The position numbers and the translations under genes are program-made. Positions 1 to 12,576 of a DNA stretch of 64,000 bases are shown here, one piece after another. The notes under the pieces were generated by a model. It was given only the letters and a program-made list of their open reading frames with translations. It ran no database searches and was not told the DNA's origin. Position 1 is the first letter of the stretch, and each line of letters starts with the position of its first letter. The stretch is from Trichinella spiralis (lineage: Eukaryota): positions 1,653,469-1,717,468 of the forward strand of contig NW_003526941.1 of the NCBI RefSeq assembly GCF_000181795.1. Direction: 5' to 3'.

Positions 1-1249
1 CAACCACACCTTGATTTCGCTTGCTCTCTTTTACGATTAATTTTGACCAATAAAAACCCGACTGAAAAGTTGCTTGCCGCCACTGGCCGCTTTGGCTTGT
101 ATCAGCTACGCGCTAATTCTGCCCGCATCTCATTTCCACGTCACAATTCTAAAAAGCTGCAATAGAAAAGCTGAATTTCTGAAACTTCAAATCGACAGTG
201 CATTATTATTGGCTGGGGAAAATTTTGCATAAAAATTTCTTCATTTCATTTCATTTTGTTGTTCACGTTCAAGTGATGCAGCAGCAGCAGCAGCATTGCC
301 GGCAGCAACGTGGGGCGGATTTTGTTTACCAAATAAGCCAAACATGACGCGTATGGAACGGCATTGAATGTGAACGTGAAGAAGGGGCGAAGAAGAGCTG
401 TTGAAGACCGGCTGTGTCTTTTGCTGAGCGGTCGGTCAGTCGTGCAGTCGTGCATGCAAGCTGTACAAAATTGGCACGATCTTTATCGGTGCTTCTTGAG
501 CAAAAAATATTTTTTCATTTCCATCTTTTTGCTTCTTGTTTTCAGATCGAAGCTCGATCACTTAGTCCAATTTCACTTTTGCTAATTAATTAATCAATTA
601 GCCAATCATTAATTTCAACTTGATCTTATTCCATTGGTGCATGCATGCATGATAAAGATGAAATGAACAATGAAAAAAAAAGATATACGAAATAAAAATA
701 AATAGCGGCTTGTCAAAGTGGTAGTTTATTACACTGGTCTCTGGCATACTTCATCGTTCAGGCAAGAAAGAAAGAGCATGAGATAGCCATGACGAAATTG
801 GGCCGCCTTTCATCGCAACTTTCCGGTTATTACCTACTGTTGACGCTGCTTTTCATAGCCGAAAGCTTGCAACCAACTTTTTCATACTGCACGATGATCA
901 TCAGTCAAACGTCAGAATTTGACACCCCCGTTTGCTGGTTCTCTTCCACCCCCTGCTGACTCTTTTTCTCTGGACCGCACCCATATAAAGCTGCTATTTA
1001 ACCCCAAAATGGAACTGTTTGTTCTTCACTCACTCTCACTTTCTGCTTCTCATGTTCATTTTTTACAAGGAAAAAAGAAATGTACGAAGTTAGAAAATGA
1101 AAAATATTAATATCGTGCAAATTGATTGAAATTTCAGAAGATTATTTCCTTTCAAATTAACAACAGTTATCGCAGAAGAGAAAATGAACACTAATTATCT
1201 AATATCAGTCGATGTCGATGGATAAATCGAAAAAAAACATTACACTCAC

Positions 1250-4200
1250 TTGTAATCTCTTTGTTGCAAAGTGTGCATGTGTAGCTTTTGAAATGTGCTT
1301 GCATGCGATGTCGACTCAAGGAACTGCTGTGACAAAAGATTTTGTTGCACAGCGAGCAACGAAATGTTCCTGAATAAAATACAGAAAAGCATAAATTTTC
1401 CATTGATAAATAAAATGAGTATTATTATTTTTTCTTCTTCATGCATTTACCTTTGAGGTCGGGGCGTCGTAATTCGCTTCTGTAAGGCATGTCAGAAAGC
1501 GGTGCAGCCGGTGATTGGACTGTGGTGGAACCGGGAAGCAACGGCGATGGCGCTGTTGCACCAGCTAACGGGTAAGAGGAATAGGTGAAAGGTGCCGTTC
1601 TTGTTGGGGCCGCTTCGTGCTCGTCCGAGGCAGAAGTGGCCACGCTTGGTGTTGAGTGTCTGACCGGCAGCAGGTACTGACCAGTGGAAACACGGCAAAC
1701 AACCGGCTGTCAAAAGAAAAATACATCAACTAAGAAAGGCAATGCCAAGTTGGTGAGTAAAAAGCTGCGCGAATTCTCTACACCACTGCCAACGGCTATT
1801 GACCAACTACCAATTACTGTTGCTGCTAGTATCTTTTGTCTACCAATTTAAAGATGCTGCTTTTATCACAAAAAAGCTAATCAGCAACATTTTTTACCCG
1901 ACTGGTGAAGAAAATTATTATTACTCTTATTATTATTATTAACCAAATAAAAGAAGCACAAACTCGCACGAAGTTGTAGAAACAAGCTTAATAGTTGCCT
2001 AAGAAGGAAAAGAAGAAAAAGATTGTTGAATAAAAGTTGCTCTGCCTCGGTGTACAGTCTGCAGCTGCTACTGCTGCTCACTGCTCAAATGCAGCATCAG
2101 CAAACGAGAAACAGAGACAACCTTGAACGCAACCTGCTGCTAAATTGGGGCTTGTCCTGCATACATATCGATAAACGGCGTTCTAGCCTCTCCAGCCGGC
2201 TTGGAATGCACTCCAGAGCAGTCGGCCTAGAAAACGACTGTGCCTTACAGTTTAGAGCAAAGACATACGGACATTTTTCACCCATACGCTAGGCAGCGCT
2301 CTATACTAGCTCATGCTGACGTCAGAATTATCAGTGCAACTTGTAAACTAACTAACTATATGCGCGTGCGCGTACATACACACAAACACACACACACACT
2401 GATACATATATAAGCATATATGCATATTGTGTGTGCGCAGATACTTACTAATAAACCAGTGGCCATTTAATAACAAAATATACATAAAGCCGTCAATCAC
2501 AGTTCTTACTATCCACATCTGGACGTATAGATAGCAAGTGACCATCAGTCACTTTCTCAACAAGCAACACAACGGCTTTATCTCTGTACAAGGTCATAGG
2601 CTCCTTTCATAATGGTCGTAAAATGCGGCTTTTCGGCAGCCACCGGCCAAAAGGGCCGAGGCTATCAAAAGTCACCCGGTGACCTGCCACTGTTCTACCA
2701 AGTCCTGTTCCCAGACATTAAGCTCACCATGCATGCAAAAGCAAATGACCTGACCACTCAGTCGCGGTCAGCGATTATGATTTAGCCAAGCTTTTCAATA
2801 TTCGAGCAGTTTTTATTTTCTCTCTCTCTCAAAAATCTAAACATCGCTTTACTGAGCTTTGTCACTACAAAGCTGTGATAAGCTTGCCGAACATTCCCAC
2901 GAGATTTGTTTTATTTTTTTCATTTCTCGGTGACAAATCGTATTTCCCAATTCTACATCGATCCACTGCCATATAAACAACTTATTTTTTTTATTTTGCA
3001 ATTGACCTATTGCGTGCTGGTGAAAAGTCATAAAACAATCCAACCATTATAACAGCTTGCAGAAGCAAGCTGATCAGAACGGAAATAGTTTACCATCTGT
3101 GATAAGCAGTTGTATTATTATTCAGAAAAGTATTGCGATTTTTATCTCAGCGTCTGCTGACTCAGATTTCCAAAAGTGAAGCAGTTGCTTCTTTCTCCAA
3201 GCTTGCATATGGTCCATTAACAACTTCTGTATGTGTGCATGTGTGTGTGTTGCTGCTTTTAATTCTATTCTAATTATTTAAACTTTGTTTCATTCAACAA
3301 ATAAATAAACACAATACAAAATGTATGTACGAAAATTTAAAATTGGATAAATGGAAATGCATATTTCGTAAATATTGCATTTTGTTTATCAAGCGTGAAA
3401 GTAAATAGTTATGCTTATGCGAAAACTGGAATATGAGAACTGTAATTGTTGCAATTTTTTTCTAAATTGCTCAATAAGAGAAGAAATGCATCCTATTTTC
3501 AAAAGACAGTTGAACAAAAATTTTCCAAGTGTACTGCCCGTAATTGTGCATTATTATATAATCAAGAAAGCAGTTTGACCATCATATAGCTAAATAAGTG
3601 TAAGGTTAAAAGAAGAAGTAGAAGTAGAAGTAGAAGGTTACTGGCCTTTAGATTTCCTGTCATTCGCTTTCAAAATCAAACTTGAAATTGCAAACTTGAC
3701 ACGATCTAATGAAAAAGGCTTGATGGCCTCACCTGCTATGATCAAAGAAAGCGCACTACACTAGCTATTCTCCAGCTAACTCTGTTCCAGATTATGCTGT
3801 TAAGTATAATTGGAAGTTGAAATTCAATTTTAGTTGTAAGAAGAAAATTTCAAATCACATACATATATAAATAAATAAATGTATATATATATATATATGT
3901 ATATTATAGAATTGTAATAGAATTTTGAATAAGAAAAAAATATCGTTCCTTTTTCATTCATTCGTAAAAGCAAAGCTTTTCACAGCTTAGCAGGTGCGAT
4001 GAGAGGTAAGAAAATGCATTTTAGCAGGCAAAGTGGTGAACAAAATTCTCGACCTTCACCTACTTGATCACACGCTCATTCCAAATCACCAGATCACCGC
4101 AGTGATGAAACTCGTATAATGCATGGTTGAAAAACACAACTGAGGCAGCTTCGACGTGTTTGTTCTGTTCCACTGCAAGCGACAGAAGGAGAATTTTAAA

Positions 4201-7031
4201 CCTGGTTTCACTGCATGCATATAGCAGCAAAGCAGCTGTATGTATTCACCTGGCCTCAACCTGTCCCGCTTTTTTTGCAATCTTCATTTTGCATCAGCAA
4301 TAGCTTGCTTGCCTTATGCATTTTGAGAGAATTGTAAAAATGCGTTGACAAGCGCCTAAAAGGCAGTTTGTCGTCGTCCTTGGCTCGAGTAGAGCAGAAG
4401 AAGCTTACGCTTGGAGAACAAGTTTCAGTCGCAGCGTGACCATAATACTCTCTTCAGCCGACGACAACAACGACCAAATTTTATTCAGCTTCGACATTTT
4501 TATAAGCTGCCGTATAATATATACATATATAAGCTAACAAGAGAAGCAGTCTGTTCTGAACAAGATTTCTGACAAAAGCGGTTAGCAAGAAATTATTTGT
4601 TTTCCTCTTATGCAATTCCTTCTCAACTGTTGACTCAAACACTCAACTGACTGAAGAACCAACCACATTTGGCAAAGCAGCAAAGCATTTGCTTGTATTG
4701 ATATGAGCTTAAAAAAGCAACAGCAACAAAAAATCTATATTCAAAACAATAAATAAGTCTTGAAAAGAGATGCATAATTTTCTATGAGCTATCACGTGGA
4801 GAAAAGAATAATAATAATAATGATGAGCTGATCAATTTTTGGCTCGTGAAATGCAATCAGGGCATAGATAGTTCTGTTTGGAATCTTTTTCTGATTAAAC
4901 CAAGTCGAAAAATGACGACCTTCCATTTAGCAGTGCTTTATTTTTCGGCAGTTGACTGTCAAAGTGACTGGACACATTTGACAAACGGCGCATACCGAAT
5001 CGCTTACGACATCAAGCGATAACCTTGACTGGATGTGAAGAGAAGAAAATTTTTGGACTTGGCTGTTTGTTTGCTTGTCCCAGAAGCGAAAAGCAGAAAT
5101 TACTGACCAGCTATGACCAAAGAAAAGCGTAATCATGCCGGTAATTTTGACAATTTCAAATAAGAAAAATAATAATGTGATAAAATTATCTGCAATATAC
5201 GATCATTGCATATGAAATGCATCAAATTACGAGTGCCGTTGGAGAAGTTGGAAAAGATTTAGCGTCATTAGCGTTGGGTTGGGTCGGGATTGGAATTGCA
5301 CTTGCGACACTAGGGGCACAGAGGGGTCCAGTTTGGAAGGCGCTTTCAAGGACGTAATTTGGCAGAAAATTCGGCAACAGTAGGGAAGAGTTGCATTGTG
5401 CTGCTGCACGCGGTTGGAGTCCAGCGGCAGCTAAGAGCCGACAAGGGCGGTGGTTCACGGATGAAAAGCATGGAAGTGGCAGAAGCAGAGAGGGTAGGCG
5501 AAAATTTTTCAACTGAAGCAAAACTGACATGGAGAAAAGAGCAGAAAATTGAAATTTTATGAAACATGCAACAATATAACCGCTCTGAGCATGTAGGTAG
5601 AGAGAGAGAGAGAAAGAACCGGCCAAGCTCAGCTTCGACCCGATTCACCGGACGAATAATGATGAATCACAAGCGGACTTTTGAAGATAATAATATTAAT
5701 AATGGGTTGGAAAAAAAGCGACGACGACACCGTGACAAGCCCCGGGGCCAACAGCAACCAATTGTCAATTTCTTCTGGAAAAAGCCTGCTTTTGGTCGTT
5801 GTTGTTGCTTGACCCGATTTTTTTCCACATCTTCCAACAAACACAAGCCAACGCCCGCGCATGCATCATCGTCAGCAAAATGGCCAAATGACAAAACACC
5901 CCGGCATAATGCATGAAAGCTACAGAACCGGCTCCGGCTGAACAAGCAGCACCACCAACAGCTCCTTGTTATTAATTTTCATCCTTTTCTTTTCACGGCA
6001 ATTTGCTGTCCAAGTAGCAATTAAAAAGCAGTTTCGCTTTCCACGTACAGCTGTTGTGCGTGTGTGTTTGTTGTTTTCCACGTTGAATTGGACAAATCAT
6101 CTCGGCCAGTTCCAAACTATTGCACTGTTCCACATGGTTTTCGCCACTTTTGCAAACGAAGTAAAATATTTTTCATCGCGCTTTCCAACACAAGCATATG
6201 GTGAACTTGCAGTTGTCACACGGAAAATGACAGTCGTCAGAATAAAATTGACACTTGTAGAAACGGAGAAATGCTTGTGCAAGCTACACCAGATGTTGTT
6301 GTTTGATTTTTTTAATAATTTGATTAAATTTAAATAAATAATCTGATGATGCAATTTTCAAACTTTAGAACATTTCTCATCCGATTATTCGCTAGTATTA
6401 TCGTAACATATGGAAATTTATCGAAAAGAAAATTATTAATTTAATAATTAATATTGTTGAAACAATTGTTTTAAAAATTTTTCGAAAAAAATTCAAAAAT
6501 TGTCATATCATGCCCAACGCGACAACTTTACAGTAGTCGTATTTCAAATACAAACGAACCTGTGCATTGAATTGCAACTGAATCTTTGTACGGTAGTAAT
6601 GAATGAAAGAATAATGTTGAAAACCGGTTCTGAAAACAGTGTACAGCACACACGCACGCACTCACACACACACACACACACAGAAAAAATGATAATCATT
6701 TGAACAAATTAATTTTCACACGATTAGTAATATTTGTTTGAAGAGAGTTGATTAAAAATTACGAGTAAAGTTGAATATTAATAATGACAACTAATTTACA
6801 GTAAAAAAAACAAACAAGCAACATAATTGTATAACGTGATTACAATTTGACAATTTTGAAATTGTTCAATTGCTATATATGTACATATACTGTAAGTGGA
6901 AGAATTTTGAACTGTTGAATTGGCGAAGAAGAAGAAGAAGAAAGAGACAAGCGTTGTTAATTAATTAATTGTATTAAAATTTTAAAATTGAAAATTAAAA
7001 TGTAAAAAATACTTACAGCTTTTCTTCGCAT
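1250..7031 (-). CDS. C2H2 zinc-finger transcription factor, PQM-1-like (partial; later exons lie left of the window)
   Basis: Phase-consistent GT-AG model: 7031-7017 (MRRKA), 5512-5231, 1706-1451, 1369-1250. It encodes YRSELRRPDLKGTFRCSLCNKIFCHSSSLSRHRMQAHFKSYTCTLCNKEITS, one full C2H2 finger plus the start of a second, which I recall as closely matching the C. elegans PQM-1 family. The two zinc-finger-proximal exons are solid; the two 5' exons are inferred from splice signals and phase only. Confidence 0.75.
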
Positions 7032-8902
7032 AACGATCCAATTGAAGATTCGACGAAGGTGAAGTGCGAAGGCGGCGAGTCAAGGTGGGCAAACTGTCGA
7101 CTTCGGTGAAGTGACGAGTCAAGTGACTGAGTGTCGAGTGAGAACCGCAAAATGTGCAAAATGTTGCAAACGAGAAACAAGACCAGAATGGAAAAAACCG
7201 AAAGAAACAATATGCAAAAACCCAACGACAGCCAATGAGCGTTCAGCTCATTGGCGTCGTTTTGACGGCCCTGGACGCCCACGCGGGCGGCGACCGTTTC
7301 GTCGCGACGGAGCACCAACCTGCCCCGCCTACACAAATCCAACACTTGTACCAATTTTTTTTCCACCTTCTATGGTGAAACAGAAAAAAATACCAAACAA
7401 TTGTTTTTCTCTGGAATTTCTACCACCACCATGACGCCGACAATTTTCAAAACAACCTAAAACTATCATTTGAAATTGTTTATTCGAAAATTTTCGAACA
7501 AAAATGTGAATTATTAATTTTAATTTCAAATTTGAACAATAGAAAATTATAATTATAATCATCACTTATTTAAAAACAATAACTGAGTTTTCGTAAAACA
7601 TTTTCACTTGAAAATTCGTTGCACAAAAACAAATGTTGCAATATTGTTGCCATTGAACATGCGAAACATGCAAAAAACTCATATCACAGTGGGAATACAA
7701 TAGCTGATTTTTCCTAGGCACATATTTACAGCATAAAAAATAAAGTAAAAACTCCACTACCTCTGATGATCAACAAACAACCTGATATACGATGATGATG
7801 ATGATGCTGGTGGTGGATTGCAATCAGCATGGGAAAAGTTTTCAATCAAAACAATCACCATTTAACTTTACCAAGCAATATGTATATATGTATATATATC
7901 TTATGCTTTATATGAAATTTTTACATTTTAAAACTTTTTCAAATACTTTTGTTTCACTTTCTTTGTCAAAAAAATTCACCCTACTTCAAACTATCAGCTT
8001 CGCTTCTATTGTTGAAAAATATTCTTCAACCAGTTTGCAATTGAACAATTTATTTTCAAAATAATTCACTAAAATCAAAACATTGCTACATTACCTGTGC
8101 ATCAAATATACTGTAAATTCGATGAGAATTTCAAATTTTTACCAACATTAGAATCTGTTTATTTCAATCATAAGCGGTGCTTGTTGAGAGAAACTTTCAA
8201 CTTGAAACTGTTTTTTTCTACCGTCTTTAATGCAAACTTTTTCAACCACGCAACAACAATTTATTGTAAAGGATATCTCAAAAAATGCTCAACTGGGCAT
8301 AGGTAGATATTAGTTAACAAATTAAACAAACAAATTTGCAAACTTGCACTGCACAATGAGAAAAACGTTCGCACATTTCACTTTTAAACATTTCTCCATT
8401 TGACGGTTATTGACTTGTTCACGCGAGCCACTTGCTTTTTCCACGGTTTCCTTCACTTTTCAAGTGGAATCAAGTGGAAAAAGCCGGCCGGTCTCTTTTG
8501 GCGCTTTCTTCGACCGTGGTCATTTGTTGCAAACGACCATCAGTAGAAGCTTAATACTGAAACAGGCTTAATTCGTCGCTATCGATTCACTGTCACCATT
8601 CAAAGCTTCGACAAAGCCGGGCCGATCTTTGTCAGCTAATCCTGGTAAAGAAAGCAACCGACCACGCTCAACTTTTTCCATCGGACACTAGCGGAATTTG
8701 ACAGTGCCAAAAAAAGCAAGCAGTAAAGCACAAAGTAAGTTTTTTTCCATCTGCTTTACTGCAGTACAAAGATGTGCAATTTCATTTCAACTTTGAAATA
8801 ATAATAAAAACGAAAAACACCCATCATATATATATAATGTTGAAAGTGTAATATAAATACAGCATTGATAAAAAAAAAGTTTACGAATGATCAGAGAATT
8901 TA

Positions 8903-10466
8903 TTAAAAACGATGAGGAAAAACTTGACCATAATTCAAACTCGATGACATGGTCACCGTAGATGGATTGATGTTGTGCATCTGAGCCGAGACCATGGTCG
9001 ACTGCATGGTTGACGTCACTGCCGGATGTATGACATTCGGATTCGGAGCTCCGGAGCCAAATTCTGCATTCATCCGCATCTTTTTCATCGGTCCTGGTTG
9101 ATCCAACGATCCAACCGTCGACAACGTAGCCACTGGCGGCTAAAAACCAATTTCCCGTAATTAGCTGCACTCAAACAAACTGAACAAAATAATATACCAA
9201 AGTTGCCTGTGTACTCTGCTTTGTCATTTCTGATTTTTCTTCCGTCTCTTCGTCTGTTAAAAATTCCCGTTTTGGATAAGGTATTGGACAGCCGAGGAAA
9301 ACATCCGAAGTTGGTGTTGGCTCTTCCTGTTCAAAAGCAATGACAGCCAATTTAACATTGTCTAACAATACAAAAAAAAAGTAATAATACTTTAAAATAT
9401 GGATCATCCATCGCTTCTTGAGCCGATATTCGCTTTGTAGGATCCATTGTTAGCAATTTTTGCAATAACAAAAAAGCTCGACATTCTGACTTCACTTTAT
9501 GCTTTTCCATGTATTTTTGTAAATTGGAATTAAGATACGCGTTGCGCTTAAAATCAGTTGTCAATTTTTGATATTCTGGCATTTTTCTAATATCTTCCCA
9601 ATCTTTTTCGTTTGGAAAGCCCATCACGTTGAATATTCTATCTAATTGATCTTGATGATATGGATTGCTTGTTTTGATATCCTCTTGACGACAATGGAAA
9701 ATCGGTTCCGAAGTCAGCAATTCTGCAAATATGCATCCAACTGCCCAGATGTCGATCGCTTTCGTATAATGACGAGCTCCTAAAAGCAACTCTGGGGCGC
9801 GGTACCAAAATGTCACCACTACTGGATCAAGATCCGCCAATGGCTTCAAAGGATTGTTGAAAAGCCTAGCAAAACCCATGTCGGCGATTTTCACCCTGCC
9901 ACGTTCCGGGCCGTCACCCATCAGTAATATATTTGCCGGTTTCAGATCACGATGCAGAACCCAGTTGGAATGCAAATAGTGAATCCCGTCCAAAATTTGA
10001 AATAGCAAACTTTTCACCATTCCTGAACGCAACACAATCATTCAGAGACTTAATGGTTCAATGCGATTTCTTTACGCTTACCCTTGGGAACCATCACAGT
10101 ACGTTTGCTTGCTTTGGCGGCTCTGTGAAATTTGATTATGTGCCAAAGATCGTGCTCAGCGTAGTCGAATAATAACCACACCTTACGATCCGAATGAGAC
10201 AAAAATACTCGCTGCAACGAAATCACATTTGGATGCTTCAATTCACGTAGCAGAGCAATCTCTCGACAAGCCGACATGCTAATTCCGGCGCCTTCGATCA
10301 ACTTTATTGCATACTGATTTTTATACTCGCCGTCATCGTTCCGAGGACATGCTTTATACACATGACCATAAGTGCCACGACCAACTTTTCGACCTTCGAA
10401 ATCGAACATATCTTCGACTCGTTGGCGTTGAGCGTTCAAACGCATCTTGAAATCGTGATCAACCAT
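8903..10466 (-). CDS. cdk-8: Cyclin-dependent kinase 8 (Mediator kinase module)
   Basis: Exons 10466-10082, 10022-9391, 9326-9198, 9139-8903. Motifs [65 protein letters not shown]. The C-terminus ends HRF*, with AATAAA overlapping the stop. Confidence 0.97.
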
Positions 10467-11131
10467 ATCGACTTAAAATTGCAAAATGCTACAAAAATAA
10501 ATTCTTCAACTGGAAAATAATTGTTAATACAAACATTGCACAGTTAATTCAGCAATTTTTCACGGAAGCATACTGTAATTAAAAAAATTCAAGGATAACT
10601 TATTATTGTAATGGTAGAAATTAAATTTTTTCACGCATCAGTAAAGTATTTTTATACATTATGATTAATATAATTATTTTAAATTTCACATATTTCAGAA
10701 TTTTCCATTATATTTTAATAATGCATATGATAAGTTTTACATTTATTTTAACATTTGAAAATGAATTAAAAAGAAGTGTATTTACAATGGAATAATTTAT
10801 AATCAGTACATTAAAGTAGTTTTTTGCGTTTTCACATAGTTATATGGAATTCCATGTCTAGGAAACTGAGAATTCATGCAAATGATTCATTTTTTTTCTA
10901 AATTGATTTTTTATTTCTTTTCTATTAAATACGCATTATAAAATAAAGGCATGAAATTAATTGTACGTGTAGTAGATCGTGTGCAAGTTTAACATCAGCG
11001 AGTTATGTTCAACATGTCGTGTAAAAAGTTGAAAAGTCCAAATTTCAGCAATAATGTGACAAATATACGTAAAAATTTTAACATATAGGTGAATGCAAGT
11101 TTCAAATTGCAAGTAAGAAATTTCAAACTGT

Positions 11132-12015
11132 TCAATGATCGTTGGCAGTGTTATTTTCGGACGCTTCTCGACAAAATTGCACCAACGTTGACAATATCAA
11201 TTTGAACACTTTTGGATATATGTTGGCCATGTTTTCAGTGTAACGGTCACCGAGAGTTTCTTTGATTGAATCCACCAAAGCGGGTTCAATTTCCTAAAGT
11301 CAACTGCGGAATATAAGAATGTAAAATATGAATTATGAGGAAAATTTACCCAAAAAAAATCCGGTGAAAATAATTGCTTTTTAGCGTGATAGTCGGCGTA
11401 TAAATGGAGCAAATTGAAGAAACTGTCTGCGTCGCCTATGAGGTGAATTGCCTGATCCAGAACACTCATTACACGCTGGGCGTGGTATTCCAGTATTTCA
11501 GTGTCGAAAGATTCTGGATTGGATTGAATTTCTTGCTTAACCGTTGGAAACAACTCCAACAGATCCACGTTGTTGCTGAAAAGTCTGAAATGCACATGTC
11601 AACTGTACTACTTCAATTAAGCAGCATTTTATATTGTTTTCCTTTTGGAAATTAGAAAATGAACACACTTTACATGTAATAAAATTAATAATTACTTGAT
11701 GAATGTACGAATTCCAGTGTCGACCATTTTACGAGAAATTGCCCTCCAATTTTGTATGAGCAAGAAGCATTCTCTCGGAGTCAAGGGGATGCGCTCGTCA
11801 GTTGTCAGAACTATTGTATTTCCAGTTCGATCGGTGAAAATCACCTCCTCAGGGGTTGAAGCATTTTTTTCATTTTTATTTTCACTTTTTTTATTCGCCC
11901 TTTGCCTCCTCGGTGTTAATAGGGCTAATAGTCGCTTTCGGCTTTTCCCATCAGCAGAACGATCGTTTTGTGATGAATCAGTTGCATTGTTTCCAAAGCA
12001 ATTAATAAACGACAT
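11132..12015 (-). CDS. Globin, globin X/neuroglobin-like, with N-terminal extension
   Basis: Exons 12015-11696, 11584-11350, 11293-11132. Globin fold motifs: LLIQNWRAI (A helix), LLELFP (CD1 Phe), EYHAQRVM (distal His), ADYHAK (proximal His), LGDRYTENMANIY. Introns fall at the classic B12.2 and G7.0 positions. Confidence 0.9.
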
Positions 12016-12490
12016 TTTTCAGTCAGTTCAAAATAATTTAATCTGTTTATTCTAAAATAAGAAATTTTAAATTTATTTTCATTACTGAAATATCCTTCTG
12101 TGCAAGCAGAGAGTAAAGAGATTAAATTTACTTCAATAATAGCGATATTATTTTGTTAAATAATGCGACTATTATTCAATTATACTGCAAAGCTGGAAAA
12201 ATTTTCTTTCTATTTCATTTAATTGTCTTTTAATTGACAAAGAATTGTAACGATAAAATAAAATAGTTATGCTACATACTATTGGTTATGAGGATTATAT
12301 ATACTTACAGTAATGAATGAATTCTAAAACAGTTAATATATCAAAGAAAAAATAAGGTTGATGAGCAACTTAAATTAATATGGCCTAACCAGTTGCTCGT
12401 AATTTGGTTATATTAGAATAAGTTTCATTGCCCACATTCAACTAAGTAAATGTAGATTGAAATCAATAAATTAAGATGCTTAGAGCAAAG

Positions 12491-12576
12491 GAGGCAGATG
12501 GAAAGTACGGCGCGTCAGAAATTTTCTTTCCGCATCGAAGTGCTTGCACAGCAGGCGCTTCACAGCTGTCTCACCA
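12491..12576 (+). ncRNA. Candidate structured small RNA (three-way junction), family unknown
   Basis: GC-rich island with three helices: GAGGCAG/CTGTCTC, TGGAAAG/CTTTCCG and GAAGTGCTTGC/GCAGGCGCTTC. All four non-Watson-Crick pairs are G-U on the + strand. Folded by eye only. Confidence 0.3.

Noticed and set aside
8636..8641. Extra terminal exon for CDK8
   Set aside because: The unspliced end HRF* matches the family-type C-terminus and is followed at once by AATAAA.
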